64,000 nt of DNA from Hypanus sabinus (Eukaryota). The stretch covers positions 26,722,001 to 26,786,000 of the forward strand of contig NC_082722.1 in NCBI RefSeq assembly GCF_030144855.1. Reading direction: 5' to 3'. How positions within the stretch are numbered: the stretch's first letter is position 1; each line of letters starts with the position of its first letter. This document shows, one piece after another, positions 63,634 to 64,000 of this stretch. The translations under genes and the position numbers were made by a program. A model generated the notes under the pieces. The model saw only the letters and a program-made list of their open reading frames with translations. It did not search any database and was not told where the DNA came from.

Positions 63634-64000
63634 CTTGAAAAATAAACCAGGAAGCATTTATACATCGAAAAACAAATCCACACATGAGAAAAAACAGTGC
63701 AAACTATTATATCGGGTCCTTTCAAATCTCACTACACACTGATAGGAAAATGGCAGAATATACAATATTGAACAAAGAAATCTGGTTTTTAGTTTCCCCA
63801 GACACATTCCAGCTATTTACTAAGACGAAGAATAGGCACCACTGCTTTTTCCTATACTTTGCTTGACAATAGATAATCATCTAACCTAATACAATTCTGA
63901 TCTCGATACAACCTTTTAAGTCACGTCTGTCAAGCATGTTCTTTAGAACGATCAACACCCTATAGATAACTTGTAGACTCGGCAAAGGAGTCCCGGTGCA

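Overview
Eukaryotic, repeat-rich genomic DNA with introns, two N-gaps and no prokaryotic features. The repeat content (esterase-type CR1 LINEs, Penelope elements, a V-SINE-like fragment, a chromoviral Ty3/Gypsy) suggests a cartilaginous fish; this is inference. Between the repeats lie hand-reconstructed exons of a tandem/inverted cluster of immunoglobulin-superfamily immune receptors. Copies A (+, 0.5 kb), B (+, 14.9-19.0 kb) and D (-, 59.3-63.6 kb) share a terminal exon with two tyrosine motifs, xTYAAL and TLYA(D/A)V. D has an intact TM-cytoplasmic end and runs off the window. A divergent dual-ITIM exon (E) lies at 24.5 kb. A leader-V(J-like)-C1 pseudogene (C) lies at 38.5-40.5 kb (-). If the V-C1 and TM/tail modules belong to one family (not shown inside the window), the architecture is SIRP-like with an NKp30/antigen-receptor-like V domain. 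Notable points: an apparent frame-compensating shift of both splice sites in copy B, stop codons at the same aligned position that remove the second tyrosine motif in B and E, an Arg-containing TM candidate, and a ~4 kb inverted duplication. Repeat boundaries are approximate; all alignments were done by eye.
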